From: Bacteroidia bacterium
GTDB lineage: Bacteria > Bacteroidota > Bacteroidia > JADZBD01
Reading direction: 5' to 3'
DNA: 64,000 nucleotides
NCBI GenBank assembly: GCA_020852255.1
Contig: JADZBD010000002.1
Location: 83,307-147,306 of the forward strand
Below, one piece after another: positions 9,489-19,855 of the stretch. Each line of letters opens with the position of its first letter. Positions within the stretch are counted from its first letter, which is position 1. The notes beneath the pieces are model-generated. The model worked only from the letters and a program-made list of their open reading frames with translations, did not search any database and was not told where the DNA came from. A program made the translations under genes and the position numbers.

Positions 9489-10524
9489 TCGTTTCCGGAT
9501 TGACCTTAGACAACAGAGATCTCCTTACCCTCTGAAAACTTTCAAGCATAATAATTCCAAGAATACTGATAAGGAAAGTGGACCCGGTTGAAACCGTGAC
9601 AATAATCCACCGCACCGGATATGATTTTTTCTCCGCCGGATAGGCGTAATCCACTACAAATTTGTCCGGCAGATTCTCCTCATAATCCAACTTTGCCTCA
9701 TCATATTTTGTTTTTATTTCCGAGAGTTGTTTCCGTTGAAATTCCAGATTGTCGCGGAGGGAAACATAGGCCTGACCATACTGGGCCAGTTGCTTCAGTT
9801 GATCGCGCAACATATTAGCAGCGGCCGTCTTTCCTTCGAGAATCGCCTTACCCAACGCTTCGTTCAATCGTTCGGCTTGAGATTCATAATCATTCACCCC
9901 CAGTTTCATAAGCACATCCAGCGAATCCTGCGTTTTTTTAATTTCCCCGCTGATTTTCCGGTAGGTCGTTTCTACGTAATGAAGTCCCAGTTTGGCACGC
10001 TCCTTTTTAATACTACTCATTGTAGAATCGTAGAGCGCGGCAATATCATTGGCAATGTTTGCGGCCTTCAAAGGATCTGTATCCAACACTTCCACTTTAA
10101 CCGACATAAACTCAGTACGTTCGAAGGTAATGTTGCTTTCATATTCCCTGTACAGATCGGTCATTTTGAAATCACCATCCGGATCAATTTCATAATGATT
10201 CATCAGATCGTACTTCTGAATAATCCGGTCACGAATCTTGCTTGAATGCAAAATCTGCAACATCTGCTCTGCATCCTCTTCCTCTCCAAAACGCAGAATA
10301 TCGTCCTTCTGACCGGGATTCTGACTGAGAAGTGCCTTGGAAACGGAAGAAGTTGTGGATGGGAACAGAATAACCGTTGACTTGTACTTATTAGGTATAG
10401 CCAGAGAAACAGCAATAGATGCGACTGCCCCAAGAGCAGTCAGGAGAAGAATGGGCTTTCTCCAGCTGAACAGAAAGACCAGCAGTCCTGTTGTGTCAAA
10501 ACTCTCCCGAACTTGTTTACTCAT
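9481..10524 (-). CDS. Wzz-like chain-length determinant protein (paralog of 8547..9488)
   Basis: 347 aa. Same topology and clearly homologous motifs (…IPNKYKSTVILFPS…, …KKSYPVRWIIVTVSTGSTFLISILGIIML…). Overlaps the downstream paralog by 8 nt. Confidence 0.6.
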   Translation of the reverse strand: MSKQVRESFDTTGLLVFLFSWRKPILLLTALGAVASIAVSLAIPNKYKSTVILFPSTTSSVSKALLSQNPGQKDDILRFGEEEDAEQMLQILHSSKIRDRIIQKYDLMNHYEIDPDGDFKMTDLYREYESNITFERTEFMSVKVEVLDTDPLKAANIANDIAALYDSTMSSIKKERAKLGLHYVETTYRKISGEIKKTQDSLDVLMKLGVNDYESQAERLNEALGKAILEGKTAAANMLRDQLKQLAQYGQAYVSLRDNLEFQRKQLSEIKTKYDEAKLDYEENLPDKFVVDYAYPAEKKSYPVRWIIVTVSTGSTFLISILGIIMLESFQRVRRSLLSKVNPETNG

Positions 10525-10641
10525 AACTTATTGAAAACTAAATCAGTTGCCTTAGCAGAAGGGGATCAAAAGTATGAAAATTCCGCCGATGAGGGGGTAA
10601 CTGGGCAGGAGACAAAATATTGTGCATCCGACGCCAAAAAA

Positions 10642-12089
10642 TCAGCCGTATTTTATTACGCGGAATATGCCCTTGATGGTAATAAGTCCTGTCAGAAATG
10701 CCCATAACACACAGGATACCAGCATAGTACAAAAATTAACGCGCCAATCGGGGTGTATCATTTTAGAAAAATAATTGATACCAACCACACCTGCAGCATA
10801 CACTACCAGCGTTCCGAGCAGTCTCTTATTCACCTGAAATCGGAAGAATCTCTGAACAATGAGTACCTGTGCCAAAGCAGAGAGACTTTGGGTAATAAGA
10901 CTTGCGAGGGCCGATCCGTAAGAACTCAGAGAAGGGATGAGCAGAAGATTAAGCGTGATATTGACACCCATCCCCGTAGCCGCCATGATGTTCATTTGCC
11001 GGAGGTTCCCGTTCGCTGTAAGCAGTGTGCCGAAGATATAGGTGGTGGAAATAGGGATAAAACAGGCCATCAGCGTTGCGAAGACCGGCTCCGCTTCCCT
11101 GACATGCACCTTCCCGTATATTGCTTCCATAATATCGGCCTGGTAAAAAAAGCAGCCCGCTCCGATGACCAGTGCAGGAGTAATCAGTATAGTGAAGGAG
11201 AGTTTCACGAGTTGTTCAACGGACTCTTTGTATTTGATCATTCGCGAAAAAATAGGCAACAGCAATCCCGAAAAAAGGAACGCGATCATATTCGTAGCAT
11301 CTAAAAAACGGTATCCCTGCGCATAGATCCCGGACTCATAAGCACCTTTTCCTTCCGGAAGCATTCGTTCCAGCATCACCGTATCAATCCGGTTATAAAA
11401 AGTCATCAGCAGCACGAGCACAGCAAAAGGAAAACTCTTTTTCAGGATCATCACAGAAAACGGGAGACTCCATTTCAGCCGAAGGGAATGCGTTTTACTT
11501 ACCACGATGAAGAAAGTAACCGCGGCAGTGAGAATATAACCAGCCGTTTGGGCGTACACATAATACATTATATCCATCTCTTCAACCCATCCGCCGTAGA
11601 GCAGTCCAAGACACAGCAGAATCATTATACTCCGGTCCAAAACGGAGATCACGGCATCCGTACGGAAGAGGTGCAGTCCGGCCAGGTTCGACCGGAGGTA
11701 CATAATAAGGGAGATCAGAAACTGGTTGAATCCCAGCCAGAGCAGCAGGCGCATGAGTCTTTCATCATACCCGATCACCCATCCGCACACCGCAGTAACA
11801 AGGATATATACAACCGCCAGCAGAAATTTCAGCACCGTTAAGCTTGAAAAATGCTTGGTGAGGAGATGGTTATTCTGTGCGATATTCTTATTGTTGAAAT
11901 TGGTGATCCCAACATCGAGCAGGATGTTCAGAAGAAAGGAAAAGTTGAAAAGGGCGAAATAAAGTCCGTAATCTGCCGTACCCACAGACTTCTGGACCTG
12001 CGTATCTATCCCCAGTACCCAGTAGGTCTTGATAAGAAGGTTCAGCGCCAGCAGTAAGGCAAGATTGGAAAGGAACTTCTTCTGCATGG
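10642..12089 (-). CDS. polysaccharide biosynthesis protein / Wzx-like flippase (MOP superfamily)
   Basis: About 12-14 TM helices. Typical oligosaccharide-flippase layout. Start set at the internal ATG (MQKKFLSNLALLLALNLLIK…, complement of 12087-12089) rather than the upstream ATG of the track ORF. Confidence 0.7.
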
Positions 12090-12133
12090 GCTGCAAAAGT
12101 ACGAAAAGCCGGGGAGTGCCTATATTTGCGGGG

Positions 12134-13261
12134 ATGAAGATCATGGTGAATACCCGGCTGTTGTTGCATAATCAGATGGAAGGGATGGGTATTTTCACCC
12201 ATGAGTTACTCCGCCGCCTTGTGTGCAATCATCCGGAACATGAATTTATTTTTGTTTTCGACCGTAATCCTGACGCCCGTTTCCGCTATGCGGACAATGT
12301 TCGTCTGATTTCCTCCTTCCCTCCTGCCCGGCATCCATTTCTTTGGTATATCTGGCTCCGGTTTACACTGCCCTTTCTACTACGCAAATGGAAACCGGAT
12401 GTCTTTTTTTCACCGGACGGTTTTCTTCCGATTGGCACCAGGGTTCCCTGTGTGAACGTGATCCATGATATCAATTTCGAGTATCGCCAGGACTTGCTCC
12501 CATCGAATGTAATGGCATTCTACAAAAAATACTTTCCCCGTTTTGCCAGAGAATCCACGCAACTGGTAACTGTTTCCGAATTCAGCGCAAAAACACTGGA
12601 GGAGAAATACGGCATACCCGCAACCGGCATAGCTGTAGTTTCTAACGCAGCCGGACCGCAGTTTATGCGCGCCGGTCAGGAGGCACAACAGCAAATCCGG
12701 CAGAAATACACGAATGGAAACCCTTACTTTCTGTACCTGGGATCCCTGAATCCCAGAAAAAACCTCACTAACCTCCTTACAGCTTATGAACAATTTGCTG
12801 CTGAAAGCGACCATGATGTACAGTTGCTCATTGCCGGTGTGCCTATGCACGGAACGAACACGCTTGCCATAGAAAAAAGAATAAAAACGAATCCGCGGAT
12901 CCATTTCATAGGAAGGGTCACAGAAGCTGAACTTCCCGCGGTGTACAGTGCAGCCCTTGCGCTGGTTTACATTCCGCTATTCGAAGGGTTCGGAATTCCG
13001 GTGATAGAAGCCATGCAGTGCGGAACACCGGTGATCACTTCATCTGTGACCAGTTTGCCCGAAACGGCCGGCGGTGCCGCTTTACTCGCAGATCCACAGC
13101 GTCCGGATGACATTGCTCAAAAAATGAAACAACTTTATTCCGATCCGGGGCTGCGCCAGGATCTCTCAGGGGCGGGACTCAAAAACGCTTCCCGCTTTTC
13201 CTGGAATCAAAGTGCAGACGTCCTATGGAAACTAATTACCGATGCCGCTGAAAGGAAATAG
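12134..13261 (+). CDS. GT4 family glycosyltransferase (glycosyl transferase group 1)
   Basis: Start at [11 protein letters not shown]… (ATG 12134). C-terminal GT4 motif region …[20 protein letters not shown]… (the E-X7-E region). Divergent from the flippase gene, with a 44-bp intergenic gap. Confidence 0.8.
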   Translation: MKIMVNTRLLLHNQMEGMGIFTHELLRRLVCNHPEHEFIFVFDRNPDARFRYADNVRLISSFPPARHPFLWYIWLRFTLPFLLRKWKPDVFFSPDGFLPIGTRVPCVNVIHDINFEYRQDLLPSNVMAFYKKYFPRFARESTQLVTVSEFSAKTLEEKYGIPATGIAVVSNAAGPQFMRAGQEAQQQIRQKYTNGNPYFLYLGSLNPRKNLTNLLTAYEQFAAESDHDVQLLIAGVPMHGTNTLAIEKRIKTNPRIHFIGRVTEAELPAVYSAALALVYIPLFEGFGIPVIEAMQCGTPVITSSVTSLPETAGGAALLADPQRPDDIAQKMKQLYSDPGLRQDLSGAGLKNASRFSWNQSADVLWKLITDAAERK

Positions 13262-13844
13262 TCTGACCGGGGTGGCTGAAGCCGGCTGTGATGAAGCAGG
13301 CCGGGGTTGCCTGGCAGGTCCGGTAGTGGCGGCGGCGGTTATACTTCCCGATGATACGGACATTGAGGGTCTGAACGATTCCAAACAACTTCGTCCGGCA
13401 AAAAGAGAAGAACTAAAAACTCAAATCGAAAAAAAGGCAAGGGCCTGGGCGGTTGCCTTCGTTCATCCCGCGGAAATTGACGAAATCAACATTCTGAATG
13501 CCTCCTTTCTGGCCATGCACCGGGCCCTGGATCAGCTGAAAATAGTGCCCGATAGTCTATTGATAGACGGCAATCGTTTCAACCCTTACAGAAATATTCC
13601 CCACCGGTGCATCGTAAAAGGCGACGCATCCTACCTGTCGATTGCAGCCGCTTCAATTCTTGCAAAAACGTACCGCGACGAATACATGGAAAAGATTGGC
13701 CGCGAGTACCCGGGATACAACTGGAAACAAAACAAAGGTTATCCAACAACGGACCACCGCGAAGCCATTCGTGCCCTTGGCTCCTGCATTTATCACAGAA
13801 AAAGTTTCACACTGTTACCACCCCAACTTAAACTTGATCTGTAG
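13242..13844 (+). CDS. rnhB: ribonuclease HII
   Basis: 200 aa. [20 protein letters not shown] catalytic N-terminus (the DE..GRG motif), …LNDSKQL…, conserved RNase HII fold. Overlaps the GT4 3' end by 20 nt. Confidence 0.9.
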   Translation: MPLKGNSLTGVAEAGCDEAGRGCLAGPVVAAAVILPDDTDIEGLNDSKQLRPAKREELKTQIEKKARAWAVAFVHPAEIDEINILNASFLAMHRALDQLKIVPDSLLIDGNRFNPYRNIPHRCIVKGDASYLSIAAASILAKTYRDEYMEKIGREYPGYNWKQNKGYPTTDHREAIRALGSCIYHRKSFTLLPPQLKLDL

Positions 13845-16571
13845 ATGTTCCGGAAAATTCTAACCGTTCTGATTATTGTTGCGGGTGCGGCAGGACTCTG
13901 GTATGCCTATGATTATTATCAACGTGCCCGTACCCCCGTTAGGGAAGCCATGGACTGCATTCCGGGAGATGCACTATTCATCCTGGAGTCAAGAAGGTCC
14001 GTATCTACACTTGAAAAACTACTGACGGCGAATCAGATGTGGGAAGAACTCCGCCATATCGGAGCAATGGATACACTCAGCTCGCTTCTTTATCACATCG
14101 ATTCATGCGCAGGCCCGCGGCTGACCGAGGAAGAATGGTTGACTGACCGGCCGTTCTATTTATCCCTTCACCTGCGGGCAGAAGGTACCGCTGCATTGCT
14201 TTTCGCCTGGGCACTACCGGAGCTCAGCGATGAACCGGCACTTGAAGAACTGCTTGGCAGCTACGGAACGGCATTAAAGGAAGAAACGGAGGGCTTTGGC
14301 GGAGCGGTCATCCGTGCTATACGGTTCAACAACGACAAGCGGGATTTCTTTTTTTCAATTCATGAGGGCGTATTTCTTGCAAGTTATTCCCGTGCACTGG
14401 TGAATGAAGCCATACTTCATTCGGAAACGGGGCTGCCGCTCAAGGATGACAATGCATTTTCAAGGGTGTTCGGCTCCGCCGGCGAACGAAACGATGCGAA
14501 TTTGTACCTGCGGCTGGCCGGGCTGAATAAATACCTTCGTCTGATACGGAATGAAACAGCTTCCGACATCACCTTTCCGGAGGAATTGGGCAACTGGAGC
14601 GCGCTGGATCTTACGATGCATACCAATCAGCTGGTCATGAACGGATACACCGGCGCATCGCCCTCCGGCTTCCTCTCCGGATTCCGACAACAGGAACCGC
14701 AAACCCTGGATATCCTGAACGGCATACCTGCGTCGGCTGCCTATGCAGTTACGATCGGAATCGGAGACCTTATGACTTATGCCGATGACCGGGAAAGGGT
14801 TCGTCTTTTGGAAGAGAATGACAGCCAAGGCACACAAAGCGGCCCTACACTTTCCAATTACCCGCCTGATCTGAGAAGTTCATTCTTAAGCTGGACCAAC
14901 AACCAGGCCGCAGCGTTTACTGATGAGCAGGGTGATTCTCCCCCAGATCTCTGCCTGGTTTTCTTCGCACCGGATCCACTCGCCGCAGGTAAGGTACTTG
15001 AGCAACTATGCGGGAAAGCCGATTCGGTGAAAAAAATCACCCGTGTTAGCAGAGACTATAACGGTATACAGATTCGCCGGCTACACGGCAGCGCACCGTA
15101 TGAACATCTCCTGGGTAAACCGTTCCGTGATCTGAAGGAACCCTGGTATATGATTCTGAATAATTACGTTTACTTCTCGGAGGATGCGGAACAACTAGTA
15201 AGGGTCACGGAATCTGTACGGTTCCGGAATTCACTCGGTACTGATCCTAAACTGAACGGCATTATGAATGAGTATTTTTCCGAGGAATGTAATTTCTTTT
15301 TATATGCCCGGCTACCTTCCCTTTCTGAAAATATCGTCAGCGATCTAACTCCTTCACTGTTCCGGACACTGGAGCCCCACCTGGCCGTGTTAAACAAGTT
15401 TGATCTCTTTGCACTCCAATTCACAAACGAAAAGGAACTGTACTATACGAATGCCCTGCTTCATTATACCGCTTCCTCCAAGCAGGAGATTGCCACCGTA
15501 TGGGAAGCGGAAACAGAATACGAGGTTCACATGAAACCCTGGTTGCTGATGAATCATACCAACGGAACCAAAGATGTACTGATTCAGGATGACTCTGCCA
15601 CTATTTCACTTTGGTCGAACACAGGAAAGCTATTATGGAAAAAAAAGCTGGACGGCATGATACGCGGAAACGTTCAGCAGATTGACATTTATGGTAACGA
15701 CAAACTCCAGCTGGTATTTAATACCGATCACCGCCTGCATCTGCTGGACCGCAATGGTAAATACCTCGACGGCTTCCCTGTAAACCTTCCTTCGCCCGCT
15801 ACTGCTCCCTTAGCGGTTTTTGATTATGAAAAAAATCACGACTATCGCCTGGTGCTGCCGCTCGCCGACCGGAAGATTATGAATTATACCATCAGGGGTA
15901 TTCCTGCTGATAAGTGGAAGCCGCTCTTACCCGATAAACAGATTTCGCTTCCGCTACGGCATCTCCGGAGCGGCGGAAAAGACCACCTGTTCGCGGTGGA
16001 CGAAGGCGGGAAGGTTTATTGGATGAACCGGAGGGGAGAATGGTATCAGAAATTAAAAGTAAGTGCTATTCCCAACCCGGTACAGTGGATGATCACTGAA
16101 GGAAAACAGGCCGGCAGAACTTACCTGACCATCGCTGATAGTTCAGGAAACATCACGCAGATTTACACCGGGGGCAAAAAGGAAAGTATACATCCACTGC
16201 CACCAGGTCCCGGACGTAACATCACATTGGGGGATGTGGACCTGGACGGTGTACCCGACCTGCTTATTGCCGCTGACAGCTCCCTGTTCTGCTTCGCGGG
16301 TGGGAAAAAGTTGCTTTTCAGGGTGAACGCAGGCGCACGTATCACACAGGCTCCGATTCTCTTCCGGCTTTCGGGAAATCGGATCCGGATCGGTGTCGTC
16401 TGCGGAGAGAAAGAGGAATTACTGCTTTGTGACGAACAGGGAAACCTGAACAAAACGGTATTCAAAGGCAGCGGTATGTTCTCTGTGGGAGAACTGAACA
16501 AAGACGGCGTATATTATCTCCTGGCACCGGCGGGCCGGAAGCGGGTGATGGCATGGCCACTGGGGAAATGA
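13845..16571 (+). CDS. large membrane-anchored protein of unknown function (N-terminal TM, C-terminal beta-propeller-like / FG-GAP-like segment)
   Basis: 908-aa ORF starting 1 nt after the rnhB stop. N-terminal TM helix ILTVLIIVAGAAGLWYAY. C-terminal third contains WSNTGKLLWKKKLDG…, GDVDLDGVPDLLIAADSS and similar motifs. No confident family assignment from the sequence alone. Confidence 0.5.
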   Translation: MFRKILTVLIIVAGAAGLWYAYDYYQRARTPVREAMDCIPGDALFILESRRSVSTLEKLLTANQMWEELRHIGAMDTLSSLLYHIDSCAGPRLTEEEWLTDRPFYLSLHLRAEGTAALLFAWALPELSDEPALEELLGSYGTALKEETEGFGGAVIRAIRFNNDKRDFFFSIHEGVFLASYSRALVNEAILHSETGLPLKDDNAFSRVFGSAGERNDANLYLRLAGLNKYLRLIRNETASDITFPEELGNWSALDLTMHTNQLVMNGYTGASPSGFLSGFRQQEPQTLDILNGIPASAAYAVTIGIGDLMTYADDRERVRLLEENDSQGTQSGPTLSNYPPDLRSSFLSWTNNQAAAFTDEQGDSPPDLCLVFFAPDPLAAGKVLEQLCGKADSVKKITRVSRDYNGIQIRRLHGSAPYEHLLGKPFRDLKEPWYMILNNYVYFSEDAEQLVRVTESVRFRNSLGTDPKLNGIMNEYFSEECNFFLYARLPSLSENIVSDLTPSLFRTLEPHLAVLNKFDLFALQFTNEKELYYTNALLHYTASSKQEIATVWEAETEYEVHMKPWLLMNHTNGTKDVLIQDDSATISLWSNTGKLLWKKKLDGMIRGNVQQIDIYGNDKLQLVFNTDHRLHLLDRNGKYLDGFPVNLPSPATAPLAVFDYEKNHDYRLVLPLADRKIMNYTIRGIPADKWKPLLPDKQISLPLRHLRSGGKDHLFAVDEGGKVYWMNRRGEWYQKLKVSAIPNPVQWMITEGKQAGRTYLTIADSSGNITQIYTGGKKESIHPLPPGPGRNITLGDVDLDGVPDLLIAADSSLFCFAGGKKLLFRVNAGARITQAPILFRLSGNRIRIGVVCGEKEELLLCDEQGNLNKTVFKGSGMFSVGELNKDGVYYLLAPAGRKRVMAWPLGK

Positions 16572-17879
16572 TCAACGGACGGGAACTCTACCCACCGAGA
16601 AATACGTAAGACCGGCCTCCTTCATCTGCTCGAGGCCATACAGATTTCTTCCGTCAAATATCGCCTTAGACCGAAGAGCGCCTGCCACCTTTGAGAAATC
16701 CGGTGTCCTGAATAAACTCCACTCGGTACAGATCAGCAAAGCATCGGCACCGTCAAGGGCCGCATAATGATCTTCGGCAAAACCGATCCGGCTTCCGTAG
16801 GCGCGTTTTACATTATTCATTGCCTCGGGGTCGTAAGCACAGATTGTAGCTCCCTCCTGCAGGAGGGAATTAATCATATAAAGAGCAGGAGCCTCCCGGA
16901 TGTCGTCCGTGTCAGGTTTGAACGCAAGTCCCCAAACGGCAATATGTTTTCCTTTCAGATCCCCGAAGAAGGATCTCATTTTCGGGAGCATGGAGATTTT
17001 CTGCGCCTCATTCACTTCCATTACAGCATGCAACAGGCGAAAGGAATATCCTGCCTCGCCGGCGGAACGTTCCAGCGCCTGTACGTCCTTGGGGAAACAG
17101 GATCCTCCGTAACCAATTCCCGGAAAAAGAAAACGCTTCCCGATCCGGTCGTCGGACCCAATTCCTATCCTCACCATATCCACATCCGCTCCAAGCCGTT
17201 CACACAGATTGGCGATTTCATTCATGAAAGTAATTTTGGTAGCCAGGAAAGCATTCGCTGCATATTTGGTGAGTTCTGCTGAGCGCTCGTCCATAAAAAC
17301 GATTGGGTTACCCTGCCGCACATATGGCTTGTAAAGTTCCTCCAGCAATTTCCGTGATTTCACCGACTGTGTACCCACTACTACCCGATCCGGTTTCATG
17401 AAATCATCCACTGCGAATCCTTCCCTGAGAAATTCAGGATTGGAAACCACGTCGAACTCTACTTTACAGTGTTTGGCGATGGATTCTCTCACTTTTTCAG
17501 CTGTTCCGACCGGCACCGTGCTCTTATCAATGATTACTTTGTAGTCGCGGATCAGCTTTCCCAATTCATCCGCCACGCCGAGGATATAACTCAGGTCGGC
17601 CGAACCATCTTCGCCGGGAGGAGTAGGCAATGCAAGAAAAACGATGCGCGCATTCTCCACCGCTTCCGCAAGCGAAGTCGTAAAGCGCAGCCGGCCGGCT
17701 TTAATATTACGGTGAAAGATAGTATCGAGATGCGGCTCATAGATGGGCACCTCCCCTCTCCGCATGGCATCTACTTTTTCCTTATTGATGTCTACACAAA
17801 TTACATTGTTGCCGGTTTCGGCAAGACAAGTTCCGGTCACAAGTCCGACATATCCGGTACCGACAACTGCAATATTCAT
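16572..17879 (-). CDS. ugd: UDP-glucose 6-dehydrogenase
   Basis: 435 aa. N-terminal NAD-binding MNIAVVGTGYVGLVTG. Catalytic-cysteine region …GYGGSCFPKDV…. Stop codon directly abuts the stop of the convergent 908-aa gene (0-bp spacer). Confidence 0.9.
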   Translation of the reverse strand: MNIAVVGTGYVGLVTGTCLAETGNNVICVDINKEKVDAMRRGEVPIYEPHLDTIFHRNIKAGRLRFTTSLAEAVENARIVFLALPTPPGEDGSADLSYILGVADELGKLIRDYKVIIDKSTVPVGTAEKVRESIAKHCKVEFDVVSNPEFLREGFAVDDFMKPDRVVVGTQSVKSRKLLEELYKPYVRQGNPIVFMDERSAELTKYAANAFLATKITFMNEIANLCERLGADVDMVRIGIGSDDRIGKRFLFPGIGYGGSCFPKDVQALERSAGEAGYSFRLLHAVMEVNEAQKISMLPKMRSFFGDLKGKHIAVWGLAFKPDTDDIREAPALYMINSLLQEGATICAYDPEAMNNVKRAYGSRIGFAEDHYAALDGADALLICTEWSLFRTPDFSKVAGALRSKAIFDGRNLYGLEQMKEAGLTYFSVGRVPVR

Positions 17880-17884
17880 TTGAT

Positions 17885-19024
17885 TTATTTTACAAATTCG
17901 TTAACTGACTCGGCAATATATCTGAGTGTGGTCTCGTCCATCTCTGTGTGCATGGGAAGAGAGATCACTGCGGCACAGAGCTTCTCAGTAACGGGAAAGT
18001 CGCCGGGCTTATACCTGTCGCTGGCATATGCCTCCTGAAGATGCAGCGGGATGGGATAATAGATCATGGCCGGAATTCCCTTCGATTCCATATGCCGCCG
18101 GAGCGCTTCACGATCCACGCCGTTCAGCTGCAGCGTGTACTGATGAAAAACGTGAGTAGAATGTGCCGAGCGTGCCGGTATCCGGAGTTTCTTATTTCCC
18201 GAAAAGGCGTTATCATAAAATGTTGCGGCCCTGTTTCTGGCTGCAGCGTATTCATCAAGGTGCTTTAATTTAATTCCCAGCACCGCAGCCTGCAAACTGT
18301 CCAGACGGGAGTTACACCCGATCAGATCATGCACATACTGAACAGACTGCCCATGATTTGCAATCTTCCGTATGCGCGATGCCAGCTCATCATTATCCGT
18401 AAAAAGAGCTCCTCCGTCGCCGTAGCATCCCAGATTTTTGGAAGGAAAGAAAGAAGTACAGCCCACTGTTCCGATGGTACCGCCTTTCGCTCTGCGCCCG
18501 TCACGGAAAATGTAATCCGCTCCGATCGCCTGCGCATTATCTTCTATTACAAACAGATTATACTTCTTTGCCACGGCCATGATCGGTTCCATATCGGCGC
18601 ACTGTCCGAAGAGATGAACGGGAACAATGGCTTTTGTACGGGGAGTAATCGCCTTCTCCATAGCCTGCACATCAATATTGAAGGTGTCCGGATCAACATC
18701 CACCAGAACAGGGGTCAGCTTAAGCAGACCAATCACCTCTGCCGTTGCAACGTAGGTAAAATCAGCGGTGATCACCTCATCCCCCGGTTTCAGGTCGAGG
18801 GCCATCATTGCAATCTGAAGAGCATCCGTTCCGTTGGCGCAGGGAATGACATGCTTCACGCGGAGATAGGCGGCGAGATCGGAGGCAAATGTTTTCACCT
18901 CCGGTCCGTTAATGAAACCACAATGATCGAGCACAGCGTGCATTGCGGCATCCACTTCCTTCCTGATCTTCGCATATTGCGATTTAAGATCAACCATCGG
19001 AATCTTCTTAACTGCTTGTTCCAT
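17885..19024 (-). CDS. DegT/DnrJ/EryC1/StrS-family PLP-dependent sugar aminotransferase (ArnB/WecE-like)
   Basis: 379 aa. …FINGPEVKTFASDLAAYLRVKHVIPCANGTDALQIA… and conserved PLP-lysine region …SFFPSKNLGCYGDGGAL…. 5 nt upstream of ugd. Confidence 0.85.
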   Translation of the reverse strand: MEQAVKKIPMVDLKSQYAKIRKEVDAAMHAVLDHCGFINGPEVKTFASDLAAYLRVKHVIPCANGTDALQIAMMALDLKPGDEVITADFTYVATAEVIGLLKLTPVLVDVDPDTFNIDVQAMEKAITPRTKAIVPVHLFGQCADMEPIMAVAKKYNLFVIEDNAQAIGADYIFRDGRRAKGGTIGTVGCTSFFPSKNLGCYGDGGALFTDNDELASRIRKIANHGQSVQYVHDLIGCNSRLDSLQAAVLGIKLKHLDEYAAARNRAATFYDNAFSGNKKLRIPARSAHSTHVFHQYTLQLNGVDREALRRHMESKGIPAMIYYPIPLHLQEAYASDRYKPGDFPVTEKLCAAVISLPMHTEMDETTLRYIAESVNEFVK

Positions 19025-19098
19025 CGGCCGTTAGATTGGAGAGCGAAGATACTGAAAATCGCAGAATGGGACCCTCCTGTTTTTCGTATCTTCGTGAA

Positions 19099-19852
19099 AA
19101 TGAAGGTGAAACAGGCATTATTCTGCATACTTTTCCTGTTGGGATCACTGAGGTTCTTTGCACAGGTGGAAGACAGCTCCATTTTTGTTCCTCTGATGCA
19201 GTTCTCCTACAGTTTTCAGATCCCCGGTGCTGACCTTTCCGATCGTTTCGGAAGTAACTCGGATATCGCTCTTGATTTCATGATCAAAACGCGAAGTAAT
19301 TGGCGTTTTGGAGGAAGAGTGAGTTACATTTTTGGAGACAAAGTACGTGAGAACGGAATTCTTGACAGTATCGCAACCTCCTCCGGTGCCATCATTAACA
19401 GTAACGGGCAGTTCGCCAGTATACGTTTGTTTGAACGGGGCATGACCTGGATGTTTACCGGTGGGCGTTTATTCCCTGCCCTTGGTCCTAATCCTAACTG
19501 CGGATTCTATCTTGATCTGTCAATAGGCGGGATCTTTCACAAGATTCGTATTGAGGATGTTGGCAATCTGAGTTACCAGCTGACTGATGAATACAAAAAA
19601 GGATATGACCGGCTCACATCAGGAACGTTGGTGGGCGAATCGTTCGGCTATCAGTATATCGGCAGCCGGAAGATGATCAATTTCTTTTTATGCGTGGAAT
19701 CGTATCAGGGATTTACGACCAGCCGCCGGTCCTTCAATTACGATACCATGACCGCAGACACCTCTTCCCGTCTTGATCTGCTCTTCGGTTTACGTGCAGG
19801 ATGGGTGCTTCCCTTGTACAAACGAACTGCCAGGGAGATCTATTATCACTGA
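19099..19852 (+). CDS. secreted hypothetical protein (signal peptide)
   Basis: The real gene is only the 3' portion of the 507-aa track ORF. ATG at 19099 gives MKVKQALFCILFLLGSLRFFAQ… signal peptide. Aromatic-rich with alternating-polarity strands and a C-terminal …IYYH. The upstream part of the track ORF is antisense to the aminotransferase. Confidence 0.5.
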
Positions 19853-19855
19853 ACC

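Noticed and set aside
18329-19098. 5' two-thirds of the 507-aa plus-strand track ORF
   Set aside because: It lies antisense to the well-supported DegT aminotransferase gene and has no recognisable protein features. The real plus-strand gene starts at the internal ATG at 19099, which has a clean signal peptide. The long ORF is a read-through artefact of low stop-codon frequency opposite a coding strand.
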